From: Glaucostegus cemiculus
Taxonomy: Eukaryota
Direction of reading: 5' to 3'
NCBI GenBank assembly: GCA_976551045.1
Contig: CDPCPM010000571.1
Coordinates: 372,001-436,000, forward strand
Length of the DNA: 64,000 bases
The translations under genes were made by a program, and so were the position numbers. Below, piece after piece: positions 1 to 11,349 of the stretch. A model generated the notes under the pieces. That model did not search any database, was not told the DNA's origin, and saw only the letters and a program-made list of their open reading frames with translations. Position 1 is the stretch's first letter. Each line of letters opens with the position of its first letter.

Positions 1-330
1 GAAGCACCTTAGGCATTAGAGGCACTATACTATACTTCTGCTAAACATTTCCCCATAGTAGGGTTGTCTAAGTCTACAGGGCATAAGTTAAGGCCAGAGG
101 GGTTTAGAGGAAGAATTTTTTCACCTAGAGAATGGTTAGAATCTGCAACGCACTGCGTGAGGTGCTGGAGGCAGAGACACTTTCATCATTTAAATGGTAC
201 CTGGACTTGAATCGCCAAGGCTATGGATCACGTGCTGGTAAATGGGATTAATGTAGATGCAAACTTGATGGCTGGCATAGACTTGGTGCACCGAAGGTCC
301 TGTTTCGGTGTTGTACGTTTCTATAAATCA
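1..330 (+). mobile_element. CR1-type LINE 3' fragment
   Basis: Degenerate CR1 3' end (RGH..K..RNFF-type coding remnant, gaaggtcctgtttc..gttgta tail). Confidence 0.75.
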
Positions 331-799
331 TTATTATGTATTTTAATAAGTTGGCTGGTTATTGGAATTTTCCTGGAAGCAGTCAGCCAACAAGAAAGAG
401 AATGCAACCGTAACTCTTGGAGGTAGAGCTAGGTCTATCTCGTGATGGGAGACTGTAAAATCAAGTTGATCCACTGTTGTCTTGGTAACCCGATCCGGAA
501 TTCTCCTTTCACTAGCCTGACTCACTGTCAGAACTAGAAGGATAAATAAGAACTAGAAATCTTTCCCTTTCACTCTGGATGGCCCTGACAAGTTAAGCAT
601 CAAAGGGGTGGGTAATTTTCACTGGACAAAGGGCAAGAAATTTGAAGTGTTCACTGTGTTCCTTAGACTTGGCTCTTTCCAACCTGCTCCTACATCCCCT
701 GCGGTGAAGTTAAATGGTAAGCATATTCTGTACCAGGCTAACTATGTGGCATCTGCTTACAATGACGACTTTATACGAATGCAATTTACTATGAAAAGA

Positions 800-1940
800 A
801 ATGAAAACAGAAAATACTGGAACCACTCAGCAGGTCAGGCTGCATCTGTGGAAGGAGAAGTAGAGTTAACGTTTCCGGTCAAAGACCTTGGTCAGAGTTG
901 GGAAGGAGAGAAAAAGCTGCAGGGAGGTGGGGGAGGGATGGATAGGACAAAGGGAGTAACTCTGATAGGCCGAGGACGGGGTTGCCCTGGAGATGAGCTA
1001 TATACCAGGTCACCTGGTTGGTGGGTTAGTGGAGGCAGTTAGGGAAAGGGAACACTGTTAATAAAAAGCTTTGAAATGTGGGCATTTAGCAAGTGAGAAC
1101 ACAGACAATGCAGGAGCTGTAAAGGGCTGCAGGACATGCCCAGTATGTCAGGCTGTGCTAATGGAGAGAGAAACACTGATCTAAGATCACAAATGGATGA
1201 AATGGCCCATTCTGCTACAGACAGGGAAAGCAAGTTACCTGAAGACGTAGAATTCAACACAGTCCGGGAGACTCCAATGTACCCAGAGAGAAGATGGCAT
1301 GCTGTTCCTCAAGCTTACGTTAGACCTCGTTATAACAATACAGTAGCCCACAGAGAGGTCGGAGTGAGAATGAGATGAAGAGTTACAGCAGTAAGTAACA
1401 GGAAGCACAGATGTCACTCCTGCAGACTGAACACAACTGCTACTCTGTCAACTAACCTGCAAATGGGTTTTCAGTGCTGAGAAGACCACATCGTGAACAC
1501 CAAATGCAGTGCCTAAAAGTTTGAGTGAATGATTGCTTCATCAGGAAAGACTATTTGTATTGCTGGATAATGGGAAGGGAAGAGGTAAAAGGGCAGATAA
1601 ATGGTCTTTGACAAGAAAGGTTAAATCTGTTCCTCTTTCCACAAACATTACCTGACCAGCTGATCATTTCCAGCATCTTCTGTTTTTACTTCAGATTTCC
1701 AACATTTGCAATTTCTGATTTTCACTTACTGTTAAAAGAAACCATTTAGTTTTGCACAATTCCCAAACAAAGTCAGGACACCATTAAAAAACAGGAAATG
1801 TTCACGTCAGGCAGCACGTGACGAGAGAAACATCGCTAATCTGAACCATCTGTCTCCCCTCCATTGGTGTTACCCGACCTGCTAAGGATTTCCAGCATTT
1901 TCTGGTTTTATTTCAGATTTCCAGTATCCACTGCATTTTT
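800..1940. mobile_element. Penelope-like remnants with inverted terminal repeats
   Basis: Terminal motif (ctcagcaggtcaggctgcatctgtgga) at ~825-870 and inverted copies at ~1620-1720 and ~1850-1940; internal sequence resembles other PLE copies in the window. Confidence 0.6.
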
Positions 1941-2996
1941 GCTTCAGAAGATCCACAGATCACCTACACAGCGAAAGACAATTCTGTCCTGGGTTCCATC
2001 ATGAGGACAAGAGCATTATTCCCTTTCTACCTAATATTTTACAAGGGGACTTGTTTGTTAATCCACGAGTTGAATCGTTCCTTGAATATAGTGAATGATC
2101 TGTCTATTTGGGTTAACAAACACAAACCAGCCACAAAGGAATTCATGGACTGTGCACAAAAGAATAAATTTCTTAACGTGTCAAGTTCAAATTTTCCTAA
2201 CCGGATTAAACACATCTAAAATACCTATTCCTCCTTCTTACATTGTCATTTTATTGCACTCAATAATTAATATATTGCTGCAATCATTTAAAAATGGGTT
2301 TCGTACATTCCCCTTCCTCTGTCATGCAATTCAGCAGTAATCAGTATGGTTAGTGTTGGGTTATCATTTTTTGATTTTTTTTACAGCAACAACCTCAAAT
2401 CTGTACTAGCAGCTTAATGCTATGACTCTGCTTATGGGTAAGAACTTAAAGGAGGAAGTTAAGAGCCACTTGTAAGTACATATATCACAGGCCACATGAA
2501 TTATAAATGCATGTATGAGTGCTGACAACTATACAAGTCACAGTTACTGTTCCCCAGCATCACATCCCATCCACATCCCCTGGCCTTGTGACTGCTTTTT
2601 GTAAACACTCTGGGCAAGTCATTGTAAACAAACTTTCAGCAGGTCCAGATAAGGATGAGACTCAAATGTTCCTAGAACACTGCTGACAGATGATATTTCT
2701 TGCTTAATCATGTCTTACGTTTGTGGCCCTTGAATACAAGCTACATGCTCATCAAATTGCAGTCTTCTAGCTGCTGGAATATTGCCTCGTATATTTAAAT
2801 AAACATTGCAGAAACATACCAATTTCTATTGCTCCAGCCACCAGTGCAAATGTTTGCCTGCTTATTGGGGCATCCATCTGCCGTTCCCAGTGGATAATGT
2901 TTGCAGCCAATTTCACTGTGGGGGAAGCCTTTACTTGCAAGGCCTCAGCCTGATACTGCTTCTGATCAAACTACCTGCTCCAAAGTTCCTGGGTCC

Positions 2997-3104
2997 GTGG
3001 AGTGGTCGTGAATCTCAGGTGAAGAAGCAGTGGTGAGAGAACCAGTGTGGTGCGATGTAAATGTGTCTGGGGTGGGGGGTGGGGGGTGAAACGTGCAGAG
3101 GTGG
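2997..3104 (-). promoter_or_regulatory. YCAY cluster downstream of exon 9b (putative NOVA intronic splicing enhancer)
   Basis: 11 YCAY tetramers on the transcript strand within ~108 nt, starting ~27 nt after the weak gtactt donor. Confidence 0.55.
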
Positions 3105-3130
3105 GTACGCGAGGAGAGGTGCCCAAGTAC

Positions 3131-3250
3131 CTCTGAATACGGGACCAGGCTCAAAATCAAAGACAATGTCATTGGGGTAAGATTGCAACAAAGGGCTGGG
3201 AGTCCGGGAGCGGTACTTCCTGAGGCACCTGACCGGCTGCGTCAAGGGGC
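3131..3250 (-). CDS. BRAF: BRAF alternative cassette exon 9b (exon 10 in older nomenclature)
   Basis: cacag|GC...AGAG|gtactt; 120 nt, phase 1-1; PLTQPVRCLRKYRSRTPSPLLQSYPNDIVFDFEPGPVFR, matching the 40-aa insert of mammalian and avian long B-Raf isoforms. Confidence 0.95.
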
Positions 3251-4228
3251 CTGTGGGAAGAGAAAAGAAAAGGAGTAAAGGAACAGGGAAAGAAAACCCT
3301 GTAAACAGGGCTCCTTCCTATTGGAGAAAAAAAAATTGTAGGATTTCAGCTGGGAGACCTTCCCTTGTTTCGTACAGTGCATGTCCATCAACAATTCTTT
3401 CTGGTGAAAGAGCAGAGTCTACATTTCTTATATACACACACTGGTCCCATTTAATCCCTGCTGGCCAAACCCTCATTCATAAATCATCTGGGAAACATAC
3501 AAGTGGACAGACATCACGGCTTTACAACCGGGCTACACCTCATGTCATGGTGGTGCTCAACAATGTGCTTTGCCGTAAAGGAGCTCTGGGCTTAAAATGG
3601 GATTAATACATAGCTTTTAGCGTTTTGCTTTATTCCTCTTAAGAATAACAGCAGAGTTATTTGTAATTTGTCAATTGTAATTCCTGCTAATTTCACAGGA
3701 AATCAATACTATAAGAATGGAAAATTTGGGCTGATCACATCACACAGCAATTTCTAAACAGATTCCTAAAATGAACTCTCCCTTGATACCCACTCCCACA
3801 CTGAAAGCAACATGGTTTGGAGAGTGTCACCTCACACTGTAGTTACTAGTCACCGGGGCACTCTCAAAATACTTCAGCTAGTAAATGTAGCTCAATTGAG
3901 CCTATGTAGAAGGTAGAAATCCAATCCACCATATGTGTGCTCAGACAGATAAACTCACTGAAGAAAGCTACAGCAGTGGTGACAGTATCTGGCAACTCTG
4001 AAAAGTTAATTATCTTCCCTTCCCGTTTGGCTCTGAAACACAGCTAATGAAAGCACAGATAATGAAAAAGATTTCATTAAAATCATAGGGTTGTTAAGGG
4101 TCAGATTTTCTAGCTGTGCTCCCCTAAAATGTAAATCAGCAAAGACATAGTTACAAATAGCAACCTTCCAAATTGTGGTGGTCAAATGGTGCTGGCAGTT
4201 GTGCCATTAACAGCACTGTAGCATCAAA

Positions 4229-4339
4229 AGTAGAGTGAACCATGATTCCCTCACACCCTACTCCGAAGAAGACTAGTGGCACCAGTAGAGTGAACCGTGA
4301 TTCCCTCACACCCTACTCTGAACACGGCTAGTGGTACCA
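4229..4339. repeat. 55-bp tandem duplication
   Basis: agtagagtgaaccRtgattccctcacaccctactcYgaa... starts at 4229 and again at 4284. Confidence 0.9.
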
Positions 4340-4764
4340 ATGGCTTCTCACTTGCTGGCTACAGCAATGACCACAGGTCCTCCTATATGCTCCACGGGTT
4401 GTGCTGGAGCTGGACAACAGGAAACCGTTGGGAATTTAGGTGTATGACCTTGACAAGTAAAACCATTAACTGAACAACAGAATTTGTCAATCTTACTGGG
4501 ATCAATGGGGAGGACACAACTTGAAATTATTCCAAAAACCTAAAAGTTCAATGAGCCACATATACAGGCAGCTCAACAGGGTCCCTTATTGGTGCCCTCA
4601 CTGATCATAACAGATTTCAGGCACTGTGATTGTGTTAAAGAGGGTTTACTTTTAAGTCAGATTGGGATCCTACTCTTCATCCACAATGTGGGCATGGAAA
4701 CCATCAAAGAGACAGGATCAGGCTCAATTCTGACGCCCTCTGTGATCAAAGAGTTTACTGACCT

Positions 4765-4818
4765 ATACCCAGGACTCTTGCTTGGGATGAAATACCCAGG
4801 ACTCTTGCTTAGGATGAA
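4765..4818. repeat. 27-bp tandem duplication
   Basis: atacccaggactcttgcttRggatgaa x2. Confidence 0.9.
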
Positions 4819-5763
4819 GCAAGAGGGCAAGTCACCTGCCAGCAAGGAATCAACTTCTGGGAACGAGACTGGGGAGAAAGGATATTTAAAGAAAAATCAA
4901 AGGATCCCAGAAGTGCTTGGTTTGATTTTATTTCTTTATAATAGGAAAGCTAATGGCTTTAAGCAAGCCCAACAACAATGGCATTGCTGCCTTGCATCTA
5001 CCTACCTTGATATTTCTTCCATTACCCTCGTGTCAAAAATAATTGTTACATTAATATTGAAGTGCCCTTTCATTAAGATAGTTGGCATTACACTATCAAA
5101 ACTAAGCACCCCATTGACATGGGACCACAGAGGGCACTGTAAAGAATCAGGGGCGTGTGAGGAAAAATATTTTTTAAATACAGAAATTGCCTATGAGCCA
5201 GAACTCTGCATGCAAGGACAGTCAGGCACAGCTTTGAGAAGGGAACTGGATGAGCAATTGAGGGATAGCTACTTGCAAGGCTACAGGGAAACAGCTTATG
5301 GCCTCCATCTGTGCCATTCTGAATCTACTGTGCTAGGAAGGATGGGAAATCCAGTTTAAGACTTAAACTATAAGCCGAGATAAGACACAGTGTGCCACAT
5401 ATTAGCATTCCACTATGACTATTTGTTCTAAATCCAGGTCATTCTGGGGAATCCTGGCTCATAGGCAAAAATGCCCTAATATAGCACTGTACAGCATAAA
5501 TTATTAACTTTGCCCAGAGTATTACCTTATCTGCAAGCTGGGCATTTTGAGAAGCACAAACTTCATGCAAGAAACTGACAAGGTAACTTTTTGGGAGGCA
5601 GAGAGAGGGAGGCAAAGAGAGAGGGAAAGAAAGAAAAAGAAAGGAGGAAGTAAAAGAAAGAAAAAGTATACAACAGAACCAGAAAACCTCAATCTCACTT
5701 TAAAAACTCCCTTCAAGAAACTTGTAAAGCTTTAGGAGATCAGATTGTCACAAATGCTCTTAC

Positions 5764-5803
5764 CTCCATCACTGCGCTGTAGATCTTGGTCTCGGATCAG
5801 ACC
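5764..5803 (-). CDS. BRAF: BRAF exon 9
   Basis: ttccag|GGT...GGAG|gtaaga; 40 nt, phase 0-1; GLIRDQDLQRSDG versus human DLIRDQGFRGDG. Confidence 0.93.
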
Positions 5804-6459
5804 CTGGAAGGCAAGAAGCAAATATCAGCCATCCCATCACACTGACTTGCACTGCTAAGAACTGTTTGCAGTTGGATTACTGGAAAAGATGCGCTTCTGT
5901 TGCAACTGGGGGGTTTCACCAGAGGGGGCAGGTTTAAGAGTTCGAGGGGCATCATGGTTAACCACTATCAGCACCTCCTTCCCAGCAGAGTTTTATATAC
6001 AGCATGCACCAATTCTGTTTAGAAGACTGATAAGCGCAAGGTTTATTTAAACAAGCTATGGGAATCAGAAGAGTTTCAGACTGCAACATCTGTACCAATT
6101 TAAATGACCTCAGCCAAGTACATCTGGCATTTGGGCAGGCTTGGGGGAAAACATCCAGCCACGGTTCTCATTCTGTAAAACTAGAACACCCATTTAGGGC
6201 TCAGGAACCAACATCAGGCTTCTGTTATGTTGCCAAGGTGAAATGGCCTCCCCATTTTCACTGCCTTGGCTTCCACGTGTACAGTGGCTTGACGATGACC
6301 AAGGAGACAAAGCCTCCAGGTGAGGTGGGTGAAAGGGTCTCGCAGGATTATCAACCAAATGAACAGAGCAAGAAAGATGCATGACACAATGTCATTATGT
6401 ACCACATAGTTAAATCGCTATTTCCCCCATCTACTGATCAGATACTGTAAAGAGCTATC

Positions 6460-6790
6460 TCAAAAGTCTTCACACTCAGTGACATACTTTTGAATAGCAG
6501 GATATCTGGTTGCCAACTTCCAATAAGAGCAGAAAGATAAGCCACCTTGCCAATTGTTTTGGAGCACTGTTTGAGGAATAAGTATTAGCCTGAACAACAG
6601 GAAAAAACTCCCTTGTTCTTGGGACTGTCAGAGGCTACCTCAGTGCAGATGGATTTTCCTTAACAATTCATCTGAAAGACAACACCTCCAATAGTACTGT
6701 GCTGGCATGGCTCAATTATGGGCTCTAGGGTTTCAGCTTAAGTTCTTCTAACCTGATGAAGAACGGTATCAGTGAGCATAGTCAACACTG
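6460..6790 (-). mobile_element. Deu-domain SINE remnant (SacSINE1/AmnSINE-like)
   Basis: Shares gaataagtattRgYc.g.a and catYYgaaagaca blocks with the copy at 11350-11720; resembles the reverse complement of the Deu domain. Confidence 0.5.
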
Positions 6791-6848
6791 CAGAATACTT
6801 ATCCCACTGAACACTCAATGGCAAACATCTGATGCGAGGGATACTTAC

Positions 6849-7008
6849 ATCAATGTTGACCTGCTCGATCGTGTTGAGATGTACATTTGGAGCGGAGGAT
6901 GACCTGTCCCTCTGTCCAAACTGATTGCGTTGGTCTTCTTCCCCGGGTCTGAAAGGCTGTGGAATTGGGATGGATTTTGTTGGGGAGGCGACGGGGTGAG
7001 AGAGGGAC
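6849..7008 (-). CDS. BRAF: BRAF exon 8 (CR2, 14-3-3 site RSSSAP)
   Basis: cgcag|G...ATTGAT|gtaagt; 160 nt; [53 protein letters not shown]. Confidence 0.98.
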
Positions 7009-7769
7009 CTGCGAACACAAAAATATCCATTCCATTCATAGTCTCAGCAGCAGGTCGGCTTTCCATTTGTCTTCTTGCCATTTGTCCTCCCAACCCAAGC
7101 TGGAGTACAGTACCACAGGCAACAGCTCCCTCTCACACTATGATACTCGAGGAACTTTAGCATTTCAACAAAGCTGTTATGCTGGACAGGAAGAGAATTC
7201 AACCATGAGAAGTGGCTATTATGAAGTACCGAACAAGGTGAGACCAGGAATTAATTCTGAGACCAGTGTAGTACACCTACATGGCAAATGATTTAATGCT
7301 CAGTGTGCTATGTGCACTGCTTCCAAGATAGTTCCTGAACAGCATATTATTTTGTCTGTGGGAAGAGTGGTAGTAAATGGTTCCAAATGCATGTGCTCCC
7401 TTGGCCCACTTCAACCTCTATTTCTGTCCTTCAGTCTCATCCCTCATTATCACTTCGACCTTTCTTCCTCCTCTCCAATCTCCTTGCCACTCGTGATAAT
7501 AAACTTAAAAACAGAAGAAAAGAAAGTAGGCAGTAGATTACAAGTAGCCATGTCCCCAGTGTTGATTCTTGACGCACCACAAGAGACAGCCGGTCAATCT
7601 GAAATGGCCCATTTATCAATAATCTTTCTGCATTTGAGACAATCCTCGATCCTGGCCAATATATTACCCTTAACCCAGTGAGCTATTAATTTTAATGACA
7701 CCTTATTGAGTACCTTTTCAAAATTCAAATATTCTTTTATTGGCTCCACTTGATCTGCCTTAATGTACT

Positions 7770-9090
7770 GGGAACAGCACAGCCCAATTTGTCCATGCCA
7801 ATCAAGTTACCTACTTGAGTTAGTCCCATTTGCCTGTATTTGTCCCATACCCCTCTACATCTTTCCTTTCCATGTACCTGTCCAAATCTCTCCTAAATAC
7901 TTTAAATGTACCTGTATCTACCGGTTCCTATGACAGCTTGTTCTACATACCGACTATCCTCTGTGTGGAAAAAGTTGCCCCGCAGGTACCCTTTAAATTC
8001 TTCCCCTCTCATCTTAAACCTCGGATCTCTTGTTTCAGACTCCCCTACCCTGGGAAAAAGACCATGACCATTCACCTTATCTACACCCCTCATGATCTTA
8101 AAAAGTATAAGGTCACCCCACAGCCTTCTACACTGCAAGGAAAAGGCCCCAGCCTATCCAGTCTCCTTATAACTCATGCTCTCCAATCCTGGTAACATCC
8201 TTGTGAATCTTTTCTGCACCTTTTCTTGCTTAATGACAGTCTTCCTATAGCTGGGTGACCAGAACTGCACATGACACTCCTAAATGTGGTCTCACCAACG
8301 ACTTGTACTGCTGTAACATGGTGTGTCAATTCTCAATGCCTTGACCAATGCAGGCAAGTGTGCCAAATGCCTTCTTCACTACCCTGTGTCACTACTTTCT
8401 GGAAACGATGTACTTCCCTCCTTAAGTCTCTGTGTTCTATAGGGCCTTGCCATTTACTGAACAAGTCTTGCCCTGTTTTTAACTTCCCAAAATGTAACAC
8501 TTCGTGCTTGAGCAACTTAAGTTCCATGTGCCATTCCTTGGTCCATTTTCTCAGTTGATCTAGACCTTGTTGTAATCTTAGGTAACCTCTTTACTGTCCA
8601 CTGTACCACCAATTTTGGTGTCATCTTACTTACTAACCATGCCAACTACATTCTCATCCAAATCGTTAATACAGCTGATGAACAACAGTGGACCCAGCAA
8701 CTATTCCCGCAGCACAGCGCTGGTCACAGGCCTCCAAACTGAAAAACAATCCTCCACTATCACTCCTTCCACCAAGCCAATTTTGTATCCAATTGGCCAG
8801 CTCACCCTGGATCCCATGTGATCTAACCTTCCGAACCAGCCTACCATGTGAGACCTTGCCAAAGGCCTTACTAAAGTCCACATAGACTTTAACCATCCTG
8901 CCCTTGTCAATCTTCTTGGTCACCTAAAACCTCAGTCAAATTCATGAGGCACAACTTGTCATGCACAAAGCTGTGTCTATCCTATTGAATTCTTGCCTTT
9001 CCTGATGCAGATCAATCCCGTCTCTTAGAATCCCCTTCAATAATTTTCCCATCACTGATGTTAGTCTCAACAGTCTGTAGTTCCCTGGCT
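7770..9090 (-). mobile_element. CR1 LINE, 5'-truncated and degenerate
   Basis: ORF fragments VYVDFSKAFGKVSHGRLVRKVRSHGIQGELANWIQNWL and FKIMRGVDKVNGHGLFPRVGES. Confidence 0.9.
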
Positions 9091-9859
9091 TGCTGGTTAT
9101 ATCCTTGGGTACATCATTACTTGGAAAAAAAAAAATTTCACTTCAAAAATCTATATTGACTTAGAATACCAAGGCAAGATGAGAAAAAATGTTGCACGAC
9201 CACTTCCTTAACAATGATTTCCAGCATTTACCTGTGATGAATGACATGCTAACTGGCAATATTGTTCTCCTATGTGGCCATTTCATTGATCAGTGATGTT
9301 ACATTTGCTACTATCTAATCAACTGGGATTGATCCAGCATCTAAGGAATTTATAAAGGTCAGTATTGCATTAACAATCTCTGCAGCCAACTCTCTCAGAA
9401 ACCCCAGCATTTCCTCAGCAACTTCTCTCTCTCCACACTCAATCCTACACATTCTCTCACTCTACTTTATTGTCTCACCTCCCACTTCTCATCACTATTC
9501 ACCTCCACCACTTCCTCCTCTCACCTCTCATCCTAATCCCCTCACTAATCCTTTCTCCTCCCCCCCCCCACCCATATGACAGGGGCTCTCACCACCCGGG
9601 AGGCCCTTCCTCCAAATTCATCATCCAGATTAGGATTCAAGGAAGGCTTAAATCTCAGTAATGTTTACCGCTGATGGGTTGACAGGTTATAAATTGTACT
9701 GAATCCAGTGAATAGCCGAGGAGGATCTATACTCAGTTCCTTCTGTTACAGCCTCAATGTCATGGATCACACTGAATATTTGCAATAAAAAAAATACTGA
9801 AAGAGAAACTAACCCCACCTTGTCTACATGGCCTGCAGTTCTACAGGTCACATCACTTC

Positions 9860-10520
9860 AAGTACTATTTAAGCATGACAATGGTAAATGTCTCTACCAC
9901 CCTTTTCATCAGTGAGCTCCAGGCACCTATTTTCTTTTTTTTTCCCTCCATTTCTTTTCTAAATCTTCTTGGATTTTGACCTTTCTGCTCTGGACAATAA
10001 TCCTTCCTAATTATCTTTGACCCTCATAACCGTATGGCACCTCAATTACATCTCTGTTCAGCCACCTCTGTTCCAAAAAAAACACTCTCAGCCTATCTCA
10101 CTTTTGCTCACTGCTACAATCTTCCAGTACTGAGAACATCCTCACAAATCTCCTTTTCACTCTCTCCAGTGCAACAACATCTTTCCTGTAAAGCGGTGAC
10201 TAGAACTGTAAGCAGTGCTCAAGCTGTAGTCTAGCTGGTGTTGTACGCAGTTCTGGCAATATCCCCCTCTTCCTGTATTCTATGTCTCCAAAAGCAAAGC
10301 ATCCCACATGCCTTTTTAACCACCTTATCCACCTGCACTACCATTAAGAATCTATGGACAAACACTGCAACTTTCCTCTGTTCCCCCCACACTTCTCAGT
10401 ACCCTTTGTCTGCAGTAATACTGTTACTGGATTGAATTTCATTCATTATTTTTCCACCCAGCTGACCGGGCCATTTATATCTTCCTGCAGTCTAAAGGCT
10501 TCCTCTTAGGTCAACCACGT
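9860..10520 (-). mobile_element. Old CR1 LINE fragment
   Basis: Degenerate match to the CR1 3' region seen at 7770-8560. Confidence 0.6.
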
Positions 10521-10619
10521 GGCCTTCTGTGAGAGGTGGCAACATCCTCAGGACTATTCACTATGCTGCAGTCACGTACTCCAAACAGTGATGGTCATTC
10601 ACTGATTTTATGTTTTGTT

Positions 10620-10930
10620 AACGACACAGGAAGAGGCCATTTAGGGCACTGAGTCTATGCCAGCTCTCAGAGCAATCCCACTGATCCGTTCCCCTACCAA
10701 TGTCTACGCAACCCAAGCTCTCTGTCATCACTTCAATTTTCCCGTCAACCACCAACATTAAACAGTAACTCTACCAGCAGTCCTTTGGGATGTGGGAAGA
10801 AACTGGAGCACCTAAGAGAAATCCACACGGTCACAGGCAGAATGTGGAAACTCCATACAGGTGGCACCTGAGGTCAGGACTGAACTCAGGTCACTGGAGT
10901 TGCAAGGCAGCAGCACTGTCCTCTGTGCCG
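10620..10930 (-). mobile_element. tRNA-derived SINE (HE1/V-SINE-like)
   Basis: gggatgtgggaagaaactggagcac...gtcacaggcagaatgtg.aaactcc core recurring through the window. Confidence 0.75.
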
Positions 10931-11092
10931 TCCATGGCACGATGCATGGGGGAGCTCCTCACTGAGTCCTGGACAATGCACAACGGAAGAGGTGCGAGAC
11001 CCAGAGAGGGAATGGAAGAGCCACAGTCGAGAGAAGGGGTGAGTGCACCAGAGAGCGACTGGAAGTGAGCGAGCATCCTGAGAACAACTTAC

Positions 11093-11212
11093 CCTGTGGA
11101 GTCAGAGGGTGGGACCGATGGATACATCCCTGAGCCAGTTGGTGTTCCTATGGATGATACATCCTCTTGGGTAATTGGATGGTTCTCATAGATTCGTGAA
11201 AGAATTAGCAAA
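11093..11212 (-). CDS. BRAF: BRAF exon 7
   Basis: ttccag|T...ACAGG|gtaagt; 120 nt, phase 2-2; (D)LLILSRIYENHPITQEDVSSIGTPTGSGMYPSVPPSDST(G), colinear with human exon 7. Confidence 0.93.
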
Positions 11213-11349
11213 CTGGAAAAAGATTGGAAAATAATGAACAAGGTAGCGTGAGGGAATGGGAAAAGGTTTCAGAAACTTCAGCAATATTGCTTCAATTATT
11301 TTTGGTTAACAAACTGAAAACACTCTACTGAGAAACAAGGATAACTTCA

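Noticed and set aside
526-552. 27-nt microexon (tag|TTCTT...GACA|gtgagt)
   Set aside because: Frame-preserving with a good donor, but the sequence upstream of the acceptor is purine-rich with no polypyrimidine tract.
1-3130. BRAF exon 10 and kinase-domain exons
   Set aside because: No STTGLSATPPASLPG-like sequence found; the gene continues beyond the window edge, so truncation cannot be inferred.
4589-5359. 256-aa plus-strand ORF, the longest non-TE ORF
   Set aside because: Starts at TTG, is antisense within a BRAF intron, has no recognisable domain, and its YPGLLL repeat is just the 27-bp duplication. Probably a chance ORF.
5804-6848. Orthologue of mammalian exon 8b
   Set aside because: I found no phase-0 36-nt exon with an EKFPEVELQDQR-like peptide and splice sites by eye.
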